The notes under the pieces were generated by a model. It ran no database searches. It saw only the letters and a program-made list of their open reading frames with translations, and was not told the DNA's origin. Shown piece by piece: positions 1-7,290 of a stretch of DNA of 32,000 bases. Source of the stretch: Ktedonobacterales bacterium (GTDB lineage Bacteria; Chloroflexota; Ktedonobacteria; Ktedonobacterales; JADMIN01); assembly GCA_030167145.1 (NCBI GenBank), contig CP126532.1:30001-62000 (forward strand), given 5' to 3'. Position 1 is the stretch's first letter. Every line of letters begins with the position of its first letter. A program made the translations under genes and the position numbers.

Positions 1-70
1 GCAGCGCCGCGATTCCAGCACCCATGATGCCCGCACCGATCACCGCCGCGCGTTGTATGCTGTAGCTCAT
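1..70 (-). CDS. 3-hydroxyacyl-CoA dehydrogenase, N-terminal fragment; the gene continues past the left window edge
   Basis: The reverse complement of 1-70 reads ATG AGC TAC... = MSYSIQRAAVIGAGIMGAGIAAL. This is the GxGxxGxG Rossmann NAD-binding start typical of Hbd/FadB/FadN-type dehydrogenases. A GGAGG (plus-strand cctcc, 77-81) sits 6 nt upstream of the ATG and directly after the thiolase stop. It is absent from the ORF track because the window truncates it. Confidence 0.7.
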   Translation of the reverse strand, partial: MSYSIQRAAVIGAGIMGAGIAAL

Positions 71-81
71 CGCGGACCTCC

Positions 82-1272
82 CTAGAGCCGCTCGACGATC
101 GTCGCGACGCCCTGACCGCCACCAACACAGAGCGTTGCCATGCCCAGGCGCCCGCCAATCGTTTCCAAATCGTTGAGCAGTGTGGCGATCAGCCGCGCTC
201 CAGAACAGCCGAGTGGATGGCCGAGTGCGATGGCGCCGCCATGTGGGTTCAGCTTTTCCTCATCAATACCCAACTCGCGGATAACCGCCAACGACTGCGC
301 GGCAAATGCCTCGTTCAGCTCGATGATGTCAATATCCGAGAGTTGTAGGTTTGCGCGCTTCAGCGCTTTATGCACTGCCTTCACAGGTCCTATGCCCATA
401 ATCTCTGGCGCAACACCCGTCACCGCCATCGAGAGTACACGCGCTATTGCTGGAATACCCAACTCGCGTGCCTTCTCTGCAGACATCAGGACAGTCGCCG
501 AAGCGCCATCGTTCAATGGGCTGCTGTTACCAGCCGTTACTGTGCCACCCGCAAGGAATGCCGGCTCTAGCGTTGCAAGTCGTTCAAGCGAGGTATCGCG
601 ACGCGGCCCCTCGTCGGTGGTGAAGGCTGTGCCGTCGGGCAACAGCACAGGCACAATTTCCTTCGCCATTACGCCGCTATCAATCGCGGCGATAGCACGC
701 TGGTGGCTGCGCAATGCGAACTTATCCTGCTCCTCACGCGTGATGCCATATTGGCGCGCCAGGTTTTCTGCTGTCATCCCCATCGGGATGTACGATTGCC
801 CAAACTCTGTTGAACGTTTTCCAGGCAAACCACAGATCTCAATGCCCTCGGCATTGTTGATCAGCTTTGGATTGAAACTCGGATTAAATCCGCCCATTGG
901 CACTCGCGACATACTCTCGACGCCGCCCGCGATTAACACGTCACCCTGGCCAAGCATCAACGCCTGCGCCGCCATGTTGAACGCTTGTAGGCTGCTTGCG
1001 CAGAAGCGATTGACGGTTGTGCCACCTGCGTCCACTGGCAGACCTGCCAGCGCCGTCACGATGCGGGCAAGGTTCATGCCCTGCTCGCCTTCAGGAAACG
1101 CGCAGCCGATGATCACATCCTCAAGTAGGGATACGTCGAGATTGGGCACGCGCTCTGCCGCACCACGCACTGCGACTGCCGCCAGGTCATCTCCGCGCAC
1201 GACACGAAGCGCACCTTTATTTGCCCGTCCGATTGGCGTTCGGACGGCGCTCACGATTACTGCATCAGGCAT
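82..1272 (-). CDS. acetyl-CoA C-acyltransferase / 3-ketoacyl-CoA thiolase
   Basis: 396 aa. Thiolase hallmarks are present: N-terminal VIVSAVRTPIGR, active-site Cys context NRFCASSLQA, NPHGGAIALGHPLGCSGAR, and C-terminal CVGGGQGVATIVE. Confidence 0.95.
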   Translation of the reverse strand: MPDAVIVSAVRTPIGRANKGALRVVRGDDLAAVAVRGAAERVPNLDVSLLEDVIIGCAFPEGEQGMNLARIVTALAGLPVDAGGTTVNRFCASSLQAFNMAAQALMLGQGDVLIAGGVESMSRVPMGGFNPSFNPKLINNAEGIEICGLPGKRSTEFGQSYIPMGMTAENLARQYGITREEQDKFALRSHQRAIAAIDSGVMAKEIVPVLLPDGTAFTTDEGPRRDTSLERLATLEPAFLAGGTVTAGNSSPLNDGASATVLMSAEKARELGIPAIARVLSMAVTGVAPEIMGIGPVKAVHKALKRANLQLSDIDIIELNEAFAAQSLAVIRELGIDEEKLNPHGGAIALGHPLGCSGARLIATLLNDLETIGGRLGMATLCVGGGQGVATIVERL

Positions 1273-1296
1273 GGTATTACTTCCTCTCGTTCTCGC

Positions 1297-1752
1297 TTAG
1301 ACTCCGGGTTGCAGCATAACCCAGGTTACTTCCAGCTCGGTTGTGACGGCCCCCTCACTGTTCACCAGTTGTACCGGCAGCGTGAAACGTGCGCGTGCAG
1401 TCTGGTGCAGTTCTATGCGGATGTGATCTTGTTCCTCGGCAGGAAGCCTCGCGATGGCTCGCAGATCGCCGCTGCTGGGCTTACGATAGTGAATCGCCGC
1501 ATCTGCTAGCACAGGCACATATCCCTGCGCCTGATACTCGGCGAATGCAGCAAGAATGAGTGCTCCCGCCGCCACTTCGCCCAGCCCGAACTGCGCTACC
1601 GCGTGGACCGTACCAACATGATTGAGCCGCTCAGGCGCTGCTGGAAGCAGCGCCTCTGCCTGCTCTGATCCCACCGATGTAACCCGCGCCCCGACCATAC
1701 GGCTGAACGGAACTGCTTCGTCTAGCAGGCGGTTGATGCTCTCGACATCCAT
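1297..1752 (-). CDS. hotdog-fold thioesterase (PaaI/DUF4442-like)
   Basis: 151 aa. Size and pattern fit the PaaI/YiiD_C-type hotdog fold (NHVGTVHAVAQFGLGEVAAG, followed by a beta-rich C-terminus). It is tightly packed between the acyl-CoA dehydrogenase (15-nt gap) and the thiolase (24-nt gap). Confidence 0.6.
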   Translation of the reverse strand: MDVESINRLLDEAVPFSRMVGARVTSVGSEQAEALLPAAPERLNHVGTVHAVAQFGLGEVAAGALILAAFAEYQAQGYVPVLADAAIHYRKPSSGDLRAIARLPAEEQDHIRIELHQTARARFTLPVQLVNSEGAVTTELEVTWVMLQPGV

Positions 1753-1767
1753 TCCAAGGGCCTTTCG

Positions 1768-3546
1768 CTACTTCAATGGATAGCCGTTGCGCTCAGAAAC
1801 GATACCCGCAAGCTCGCGCTGCAGTGGCACGATGTCTGTGTCGGCATCGCCCAGGTATCGCCGCACTTTGGCGATTTCTTCTCGCCGCTCATCGCCCTCG
1901 AAGGCCATGGTTAAAACGCCTTCCATCGCCATACGTGTCTCTGGCAGCAGTCGCAAGGTGGCTATTTGCGCCAACAGCTCATGCGTGTGGGCATCAACAC
2001 CTCCCGTGCCCACTGCGTCAAGCGCGCGAGCAATTGCGCTATCTATGGCGAAGATATTGATAATTTGGTTGGCGGCGTACTCCAGAAACTCCTGCTCTTC
2101 GCGGATGTTGGTCATGAACTTCATCGCGCCCTTCATGATGGAGTAGATTGCTGCGCGTTTGGCGCGCTCAACAAGGTTCACGCTCTCACGCAAGGCAGTG
2201 GGTGTCTCCGCTGATGCATACTCTGGCGCGCTTCCGCTGGTTACCTGCGCTTCCACCCCTGGGAAGATCGTGAATATATCAAGCTTGTTATCCATCGCGC
2301 GCTGGAAGAGCGTACCCGCAGTCACGAGCCTGTTTACTTCGTTGGTGCCCTCGAAAATGCGATTGATGCGCGCGTCGCGCCAGGCCCATGAAATAGGATA
2401 CTCCTCCATGAAGCCGTAGCCGCCGAATATTTGCACGCCTTCGTCCACGCAACGCGCAAGCGCCTCCGAACCAAAGACCTTCGCAATGGAGCATTCGATT
2501 GCATACTCCTCTATGGCCGCGAGTTGCGCCTGTCGGTCCTCGCCCGCCGCCCGCCGTGCTTCCTCAACTGCGCCAATGGTGCGGAAGACCAGCGATTCGG
2601 CGGCATAGACATCGGACGCCATATATGCGAGCTTCTTCTTGATCATGCCGAATCCTTGTAATGGCCGCCCGAATGCCTTGCGCTCATTCGCGTACTGCGC
2701 TGCCATATCAAGCGCGGCGTGCGCTCCACCTGTAGTACCAGCGCCCAACTTGAGCCGCCCAATGTTCAGAATGTTAAAAGCAATCTTGTATCCTTTGCCA
2801 ATCTCGCCCAACACGTTATTCACTGGCACCTTCACGTTATCAAAGTAGACGGTGCGGGTGGACGAACCCTTAATACCCACCTTTCGTTCTTCCGCGCCGG
2901 TGGATATACCTGGCCACGATCCCTCGACGATAAAGCCCGTATGTTTCGTATCGTCCACCTTCGCGAAGACTATGAAGACATCCGCGAAGCCCGCATTCGA
3001 TATCCATTGCTTCGCGCCGCTGAGAATGTAGTGTTGTCCGTCTTCCGAGAGCGTTGCGCGTGTGCGAATCGCCATCGCATCAGAGCCAACACCCGGCTCG
3101 GTCAGCGCGTAGGCGCCGATAAGTTCGCCCGTCGCGAGTTTTGGCAGGTAGGCCTGCTTTTGCTCATCAGTGCCATAGAACACGATTGGCAGCGTGCCAA
3201 TCGTGGTGTGTGCGCCATGAGCCACTGCGAATGAAGCGTCGCGCATCGAATGAGCAACGAGCGCACTGACAACCAAACCTAAATCCGCGCCGCCGTACTC
3301 TTCCGGCACGTCAATCATTAGCAGTCCTTGCTCACCGGCCTTCTTTAGTAGTGATGGCATCAGCCCTGGCTCCTGATGGCGGATCTCTTCTGCCTTCGGC
3401 AGCACTTCACGCTGGATGAAGGTTATCGCCGACTCTTGAATCTGTCGTTGCTCATCGTCAAACTTCTCGGGGGTCAGAAAATGCTCCTCAGTGACAGGAG
3501 TTGTCAGAAACGCCGCGCCAGTTTCAACCTTCGCATCAGTTGCCAT
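1768..3546 (-). CDS. acyl-CoA dehydrogenase, long form with a C-terminal extension (VLCAD/ACAD9-like architecture)
   Basis: 592 aa. Both ACAD signatures are present: YALTEPGVGSDAMA and QIFGGYGFMEEYPISWAWRDAR. About 180 extra C-terminal residues follow, as in very-long-chain-type ACADs. Confidence 0.9.
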   Translation of the reverse strand: MATDAKVETGAAFLTTPVTEEHFLTPEKFDDEQRQIQESAITFIQREVLPKAEEIRHQEPGLMPSLLKKAGEQGLLMIDVPEEYGGADLGLVVSALVAHSMRDASFAVAHGAHTTIGTLPIVFYGTDEQKQAYLPKLATGELIGAYALTEPGVGSDAMAIRTRATLSEDGQHYILSGAKQWISNAGFADVFIVFAKVDDTKHTGFIVEGSWPGISTGAEERKVGIKGSSTRTVYFDNVKVPVNNVLGEIGKGYKIAFNILNIGRLKLGAGTTGGAHAALDMAAQYANERKAFGRPLQGFGMIKKKLAYMASDVYAAESLVFRTIGAVEEARRAAGEDRQAQLAAIEEYAIECSIAKVFGSEALARCVDEGVQIFGGYGFMEEYPISWAWRDARINRIFEGTNEVNRLVTAGTLFQRAMDNKLDIFTIFPGVEAQVTSGSAPEYASAETPTALRESVNLVERAKRAAIYSIMKGAMKFMTNIREEQEFLEYAANQIINIFAIDSAIARALDAVGTGGVDAHTHELLAQIATLRLLPETRMAMEGVLTMAFEGDERREEIAKVRRYLGDADTDIVPLQRELAGIVSERNGYPLK

Positions 3547-3597
3547 GTTGTCTACCTCCTATGGGTATGAAACCGTACCAAACGTTGAGTGAGGATA

Positions 3598-5400
3598 TTA
3601 TGCTTCGTCGTTCGTAGCGCCTGGATTCTGCATCCTTTGCCGCGCAAGGTACTCATCGCGAAGCGTGCGGCGCAATACCTTGCCGACGAGTGTTTTTGGA
3701 AGTGAATCGCGGAACTCGAATTGCTTCGGTACCTTGTATGGAGCGAGCCGCTCGGCGAGGAATGCTCGTAGCTCATCTGCTGCCAGCTTCTCACCCGGCT
3801 TCACCACGACGAATGCGCGTACCGTCTCGCCTCGGTACTCATCAGGTACACCAACTGCGGCCGCTTCGAGCACTTTCGGATGCTGGTACAGTACCTCATC
3901 AACTTCGCGCGGGAAGATCTTGAGACCTCCTGCGATGATGAGATCCTTGGCGCGATCCTCGATGGTGAAATATCCATCGTCGCTCATATAGCCGAGGTCA
4001 CCTGTTCGTAGCCAGCCATCGCGCAATACATTCACCGACTCGTCAGGCCGTTGCCAATAGCCTCGCATCACTTGCGGGCCGCGGATGACGATCTCGCCGT
4101 GTTCACCTGGCGCTAGGAACTCCCAGGTTTCTGGATTGATGATCGCCGCATCTGTGCTGGACATTGGCAGGCCAATCGTACCGATACGCCGCTCGCCATA
4201 GACTGGGTTACAGTGCGTGACGGGTGAGGCTTCAGTCAGCCCATAGCCTTCAACTACTCGCGCGCCAGATACTTGTTCGAAGCGCTTCTGCACCTCCAAT
4301 GGCAGCGGCGCCGACCCACTAATGCAGACTTTAATAGAGCTGAGATCACGGCGTCGTTTCTCAGCCTCACGCGCCAGTGCAAGGTACATGGTCGGCACAC
4401 CAGGAAATAAATCTGGCTGATGCTTCTCAATTGCCTTCAGCGTATCCTTTACTGTAAAGCGCGGCAGCAGCAGCATAGTCGAGCCATTGAGCATGGTCAT
4501 GTTCATGCCAACCGTCAGACCATATACATGGAAGAATGGCGCGACACAGAGTGTCGTGTGACGCGAACCGTCTGGTTGCTCATTCCATGCCCATGCCTGC
4601 ATCGCATTCGCTAGCAGGTTACTATGTGTCAGCATTGCCCCTTTAGCGAGGCCAGTTGTGCCGCCTGTATACTGAAGCACCGCAAGATCGTTCGCTGAAG
4701 TACGCTCAGGCATAGGGAGTAACTCAAATCCTTGACGACTGTGGGCGTGTCCAAGCAACTCCTTAAACCGGTGTAACGTTGAATCGGTGCGCTGAGTTTT
4801 GTTCACCACTCTTGGCTTGCCACGCGATTCGGTAGCTTCTTTCAGTCGGAAGAGTGTGCCGAGTGCTGGGGGCAGATAATCGGCGGGGCTAGTCAGAATA
4901 ACCTGCTTTACGCCGGTATTTGCGCGGATCGCGGCTAATGTGGAGTAGAACTGGTCAAGGATAACCACCATGCGCACACCTGCGTCACGAAGTTGGTGCT
5001 CCATTTCCGGCTGCGTATAGAGCGGATTGGTTGGCACTACAACACCACCGGCCTTCAAAATGCCGTAGAACGCGATGGGAAACTGGGGCACATTTGGTAA
5101 GCAGAGTGAGACACGGTCGCCTCGCTGTAGACCAAGGCGCAAAAGTGCATGCGCAAACCGATCCACAAGTGATGCAAGTTGCAAATAGGTGATGCGCCTT
5201 CCAAAGTATTCGATAGCGACGTTAGCCCCATATCGGCGGCACGCCTCATCGAGTAGCCAGGTAAGATCGTGATTGGGAACGTCTATACTAGCAGGCACAC
5301 CTGAAGAATAATGCGCGAGCCAGGGCCTTTCCATCGAAGTGAAGGTGGACGGACGCGTCATTGGATCGGGCATCGGCGAGTTCTGCGAGAGGTCGGCCAT
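3598..5400 (-). CDS. long-chain-fatty-acid--CoA ligase (AMP-binding superfamily)
   Basis: 600 aa. It carries the AMP-binding signature LQYTGGTTGLAKGA, plus GYGLTE, TGDLGY..DGYFTIEDRAKD and a C-terminal PKTLVGKVLRR. GAGGAG lies 9 nt upstream of the ATG on the minus strand. Confidence 0.9.
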   Translation of the reverse strand: MADLSQNSPMPDPMTRPSTFTSMERPWLAHYSSGVPASIDVPNHDLTWLLDEACRRYGANVAIEYFGRRITYLQLASLVDRFAHALLRLGLQRGDRVSLCLPNVPQFPIAFYGILKAGGVVVPTNPLYTQPEMEHQLRDAGVRMVVILDQFYSTLAAIRANTGVKQVILTSPADYLPPALGTLFRLKEATESRGKPRVVNKTQRTDSTLHRFKELLGHAHSRQGFELLPMPERTSANDLAVLQYTGGTTGLAKGAMLTHSNLLANAMQAWAWNEQPDGSRHTTLCVAPFFHVYGLTVGMNMTMLNGSTMLLLPRFTVKDTLKAIEKHQPDLFPGVPTMYLALAREAEKRRRDLSSIKVCISGSAPLPLEVQKRFEQVSGARVVEGYGLTEASPVTHCNPVYGERRIGTIGLPMSSTDAAIINPETWEFLAPGEHGEIVIRGPQVMRGYWQRPDESVNVLRDGWLRTGDLGYMSDDGYFTIEDRAKDLIIAGGLKIFPREVDEVLYQHPKVLEAAAVGVPDEYRGETVRAFVVVKPGEKLAADELRAFLAERLAPYKVPKQFEFRDSLPKTLVGKVLRRTLRDEYLARQRMQNPGATNDEA

Positions 5401-5434
5401 GTGAGCACACTCCTCATCGAGCGCGACGGATCAT

Positions 5435-5447
5435 TGCCACATTGGCA
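5435..5447. promoter_or_regulatory. palindrome TGCCA-N3-TGGCA, candidate operator just downstream of the putative fad -10
   Basis: The sequence tgccacattggca has arms that are exact reverse complements. It lies at about +1 to +15 relative to the TATAAT at 5455-5450 on the minus strand. Confidence 0.3.
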
Positions 5448-5449
5448 GC

Positions 5450-5455
5450 ATTATA
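5450..5455 (-). promoter_or_regulatory. candidate -10 box (perfect TATAAT on the minus strand) for the beta-oxidation operon
   Basis: Plus-strand attata at 5450-5455 reads TATAAT on the minus strand, about 50 nt upstream of the ligase ATG (5400). I could not find a convincing -35. Confidence 0.35.
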
Positions 5456-5471
5456 CGTGGTACTTTTAGCC

Positions 5472-5538
5472 TCTGCTGTATAGCCAGCTAACAAATTCCT
5501 GCGATATACTTGATGCCAGCTAACAGAAGCATACAGCA
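5472..5538. repeat. composite repeat in the divergent promoter region: two 11-bp direct repeats bracketed by an 8-bp inverted repeat
   Basis: GCCAGCTAACA occurs at 5483-5493 and 5515-5525 (32-bp period). The outer arms TGCTGTAT (5472-5479) and ATACAGCA (5531-5538) are reverse complements. A TATACT -10-like hexamer (5505-5510) lies between the direct repeats. Confidence 0.5.
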
Positions 5539-5570
5539 TCCTGAAGTCAGAGGGAAGGGTAGCAACGACA

Positions 5571-6416
5571 GTGCCAACACGCTCAGAAAGGATCGCGGGA
5601 TCTGAACCACCCCAAGATGCAGGCTCGAATTTTGGCCAGCTTGTAGCATTCTTCCGCCAACGTTGCGGCCTCTCACAAGGCCAATTGGCGCGGGCGGCGA
5701 GGCTCTCGCGAACCTATGTCTATCATCTCGAGACTGCTCAGCGCCTTGCGCCATCGGCGCGTGTCGCTCGAACCCTGGCTCGTGCGCTGGAACTACATGG
5801 CAACGACCGAAGACAATTTGCTGATGCCTTCGCACGACTCACCGGCCAGCAAGTTGAGGAAGAGCCAGAAGCGCCCGACCTTCTCGATCAGCGTGAATTG
5901 GCGGCGCTCTTGGTGGATAGCACGGCCTTTCCCGCTCATAGCCTGGATCGCCTCTGGAACATTGTTTCCTGGAACACGCCTTCGATGCAACTATTCGAAG
6001 TAACGACGGATGCGCTCAACATCCATCGTAGCAATCTCCTTGTTTTTGTGTTTGATCTTGCATATCGCACCCGATTTCGGCCCTGGGAAGGGTTGGCACG
6101 CCGTCTCCTGGCCGATTTTAAGCATGCTACTCGTAGTCTGGCTTATCTACCAGAATATCGAGAATTATGGCGAACTCTGCGCGCTATGCCCGATTTTCGG
6201 CGTATCGCTGAATCGGCTGAGACTGGCGTGATGATGGCGCCCAGCTTTGTATTTCAAATGCGCCATTCACATCTCGGATCTTTGACATTGCGGACGAGCG
6301 CCACCGTCTTCAGTGGTGTCTCTGACTACTCCATTGTCACCTATATGCCAGGTGACCAGCGAACCCTTGCGATTTTTGCCGAGCACGGCTGGCAAAAGTT
6401 GGTTCGCAACATGTAA
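5571..6416 (+). CDS. MmyB-like transcriptional regulator (N-terminal XRE helix-turn-helix plus C-terminal MmyB-like ligand-binding domain)
   Basis: 281 aa with a GTG start. HTH: FGQLVAFFRQRCGLSQGQLARAARLSRTYVYHLETAQRLAPSARVARTLARAL. The C-terminal domain shows the family pattern FPAHSLDRLWNIVSWNTPSMQLF ... FRRIAES ... HSHLGSLTL. Confidence 0.8.
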   Translation: MPTRSERIAGSEPPQDAGSNFGQLVAFFRQRCGLSQGQLARAARLSRTYVYHLETAQRLAPSARVARTLARALELHGNDRRQFADAFARLTGQQVEEEPEAPDLLDQRELAALLVDSTAFPAHSLDRLWNIVSWNTPSMQLFEVTTDALNIHRSNLLVFVFDLAYRTRFRPWEGLARRLLADFKHATRSLAYLPEYRELWRTLRAMPDFRRIAESAETGVMMAPSFVFQMRHSHLGSLTLRTSATVFSGVSDYSIVTYMPGDQRTLAIFAEHGWQKLVRNM

Positions 6417-6435
6417 AAGCCCGCGACTTGAAGCG

Positions 6436-6444
6436 TGATACAAT
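6436..6444 (+). promoter_or_regulatory. candidate extended -10 promoter (TGaTACAAT) for the esterase/ABC gene string
   Basis: The sequence tgatacaat starts 20 nt after the regulator stop and lies 80 nt upstream of the esterase-1 ATG. TACAAT -10-like hexamers also lie upstream of hemQ (tggtacaat, TGn-extended, 15695-15703) and of the response regulator (27413-27418, no TG extension). Confidence 0.35.
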
Positions 6445-6523
6445 GCGGCAGCGGATTCCGGTGTATCGCCAGGACGTACTTCCGATGATGTAGAAATGGT
6501 TCTTCGGCTATCTTCGCTGTCCG

Positions 6524-7279
6524 ATGGATATCATGCCGACTCGGTTCACTCGCCACCGCGTGTTCCAACGCGGACACTACCTTCAAATCTGTTATGTCTA
6601 TATGGTGGCCATTGCCGCCATTCTCGCCGCTTGCACTTCTGCCAACACAACCCATTCCAGTTCCAGCGTCGGCCCAGCGCATCCATCTTGGCGCCTTACA
6701 TACGTTGCGATTGGCGCATCAGATAGCTTCGGTATTGGTACACAGGACCCGGACCGACAAAGCTGGCCAACCATTGTAGCAGACGAACTCGGACCCAATA
6801 CGCATCTGATCAACCTCGGAGTTCCTGAAGAGACCGTAGCGCGCGCGGTACAGAGTGAATTGCCAATTGCGTTGGATTCCGATCCTGACATGATCACCGT
6901 CTGGCTCGGCGTCAACGACTTCGTGGATGGTGTCGCGCTTGATGCATATGCGGGTCAATTGCAGTCGCTGCTAAGCGCATTGCACGAGGGAACACATGCG
7001 CGCATCGTCGTCGGCAATTTGCCGAACCTAACATTGCTTCCGCGTTTCTCTCAGAGTGATCCGACGAGTCTACGCAGCCAGGTCCAACGTTGGAATGCGG
7101 TCATTGCCTCTGTTTGCGCAGCGACGGGTGTAACCCTGGTTGACATCTACTCTGGTTGGGAAGAACTGTCTACCCACCCGGAATACATTAGTTCAGATGG
7201 ATTTCACCCGTCGGCGATTGGTGCGGAACGGCTCGCCGACATCTTTGCTGTCGCCCTCGATCAATCAGCAAGAACCTAG
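6524..7279 (+). CDS. SGNH/GDSL-family esterase/lipase, predicted lipoprotein (copy 1)
   Basis: 251 aa. SGNH blocks: I AIGASDSFGIG, II INLGVPEET, III WLGVNDF, V SSDGFHPS. The signal peptide has a lipobox ILAAC (Cys codon 6632-6634). Alternative starts exist at 6533 and 6602. Confidence 0.85.
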   Translation: MDIMPTRFTRHRVFQRGHYLQICYVYMVAIAAILAACTSANTTHSSSSVGPAHPSWRLTYVAIGASDSFGIGTQDPDRQSWPTIVADELGPNTHLINLGVPEETVARAVQSELPIALDSDPDMITVWLGVNDFVDGVALDAYAGQLQSLLSALHEGTHARIVVGNLPNLTLLPRFSQSDPTSLRSQVQRWNAVIASVCAATGVTLVDIYSGWEELSTHPEYISSDGFHPSAIGAERLADIFAVALDQSART

Positions 7280-7290
7280 AGGCGGGAGCT

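Noticed and set aside
140-1300. 386-aa plus-strand ORF covering almost the whole thiolase gene
   Set aside because: It is antisense to a gene with unmistakable thiolase motifs. The translation is Ser/Ala/Arg/Pro-rich with no recognisable motif, which is typical of a shadow ORF in GC-rich DNA.
5435-5447. Possible sigma-54 promoter suggested by the TGGCA element
   Set aside because: No TTGC(A/T) follows at the -12 spacing on either strand. The element is better described as a TGCCA-N3-TGGCA palindrome.
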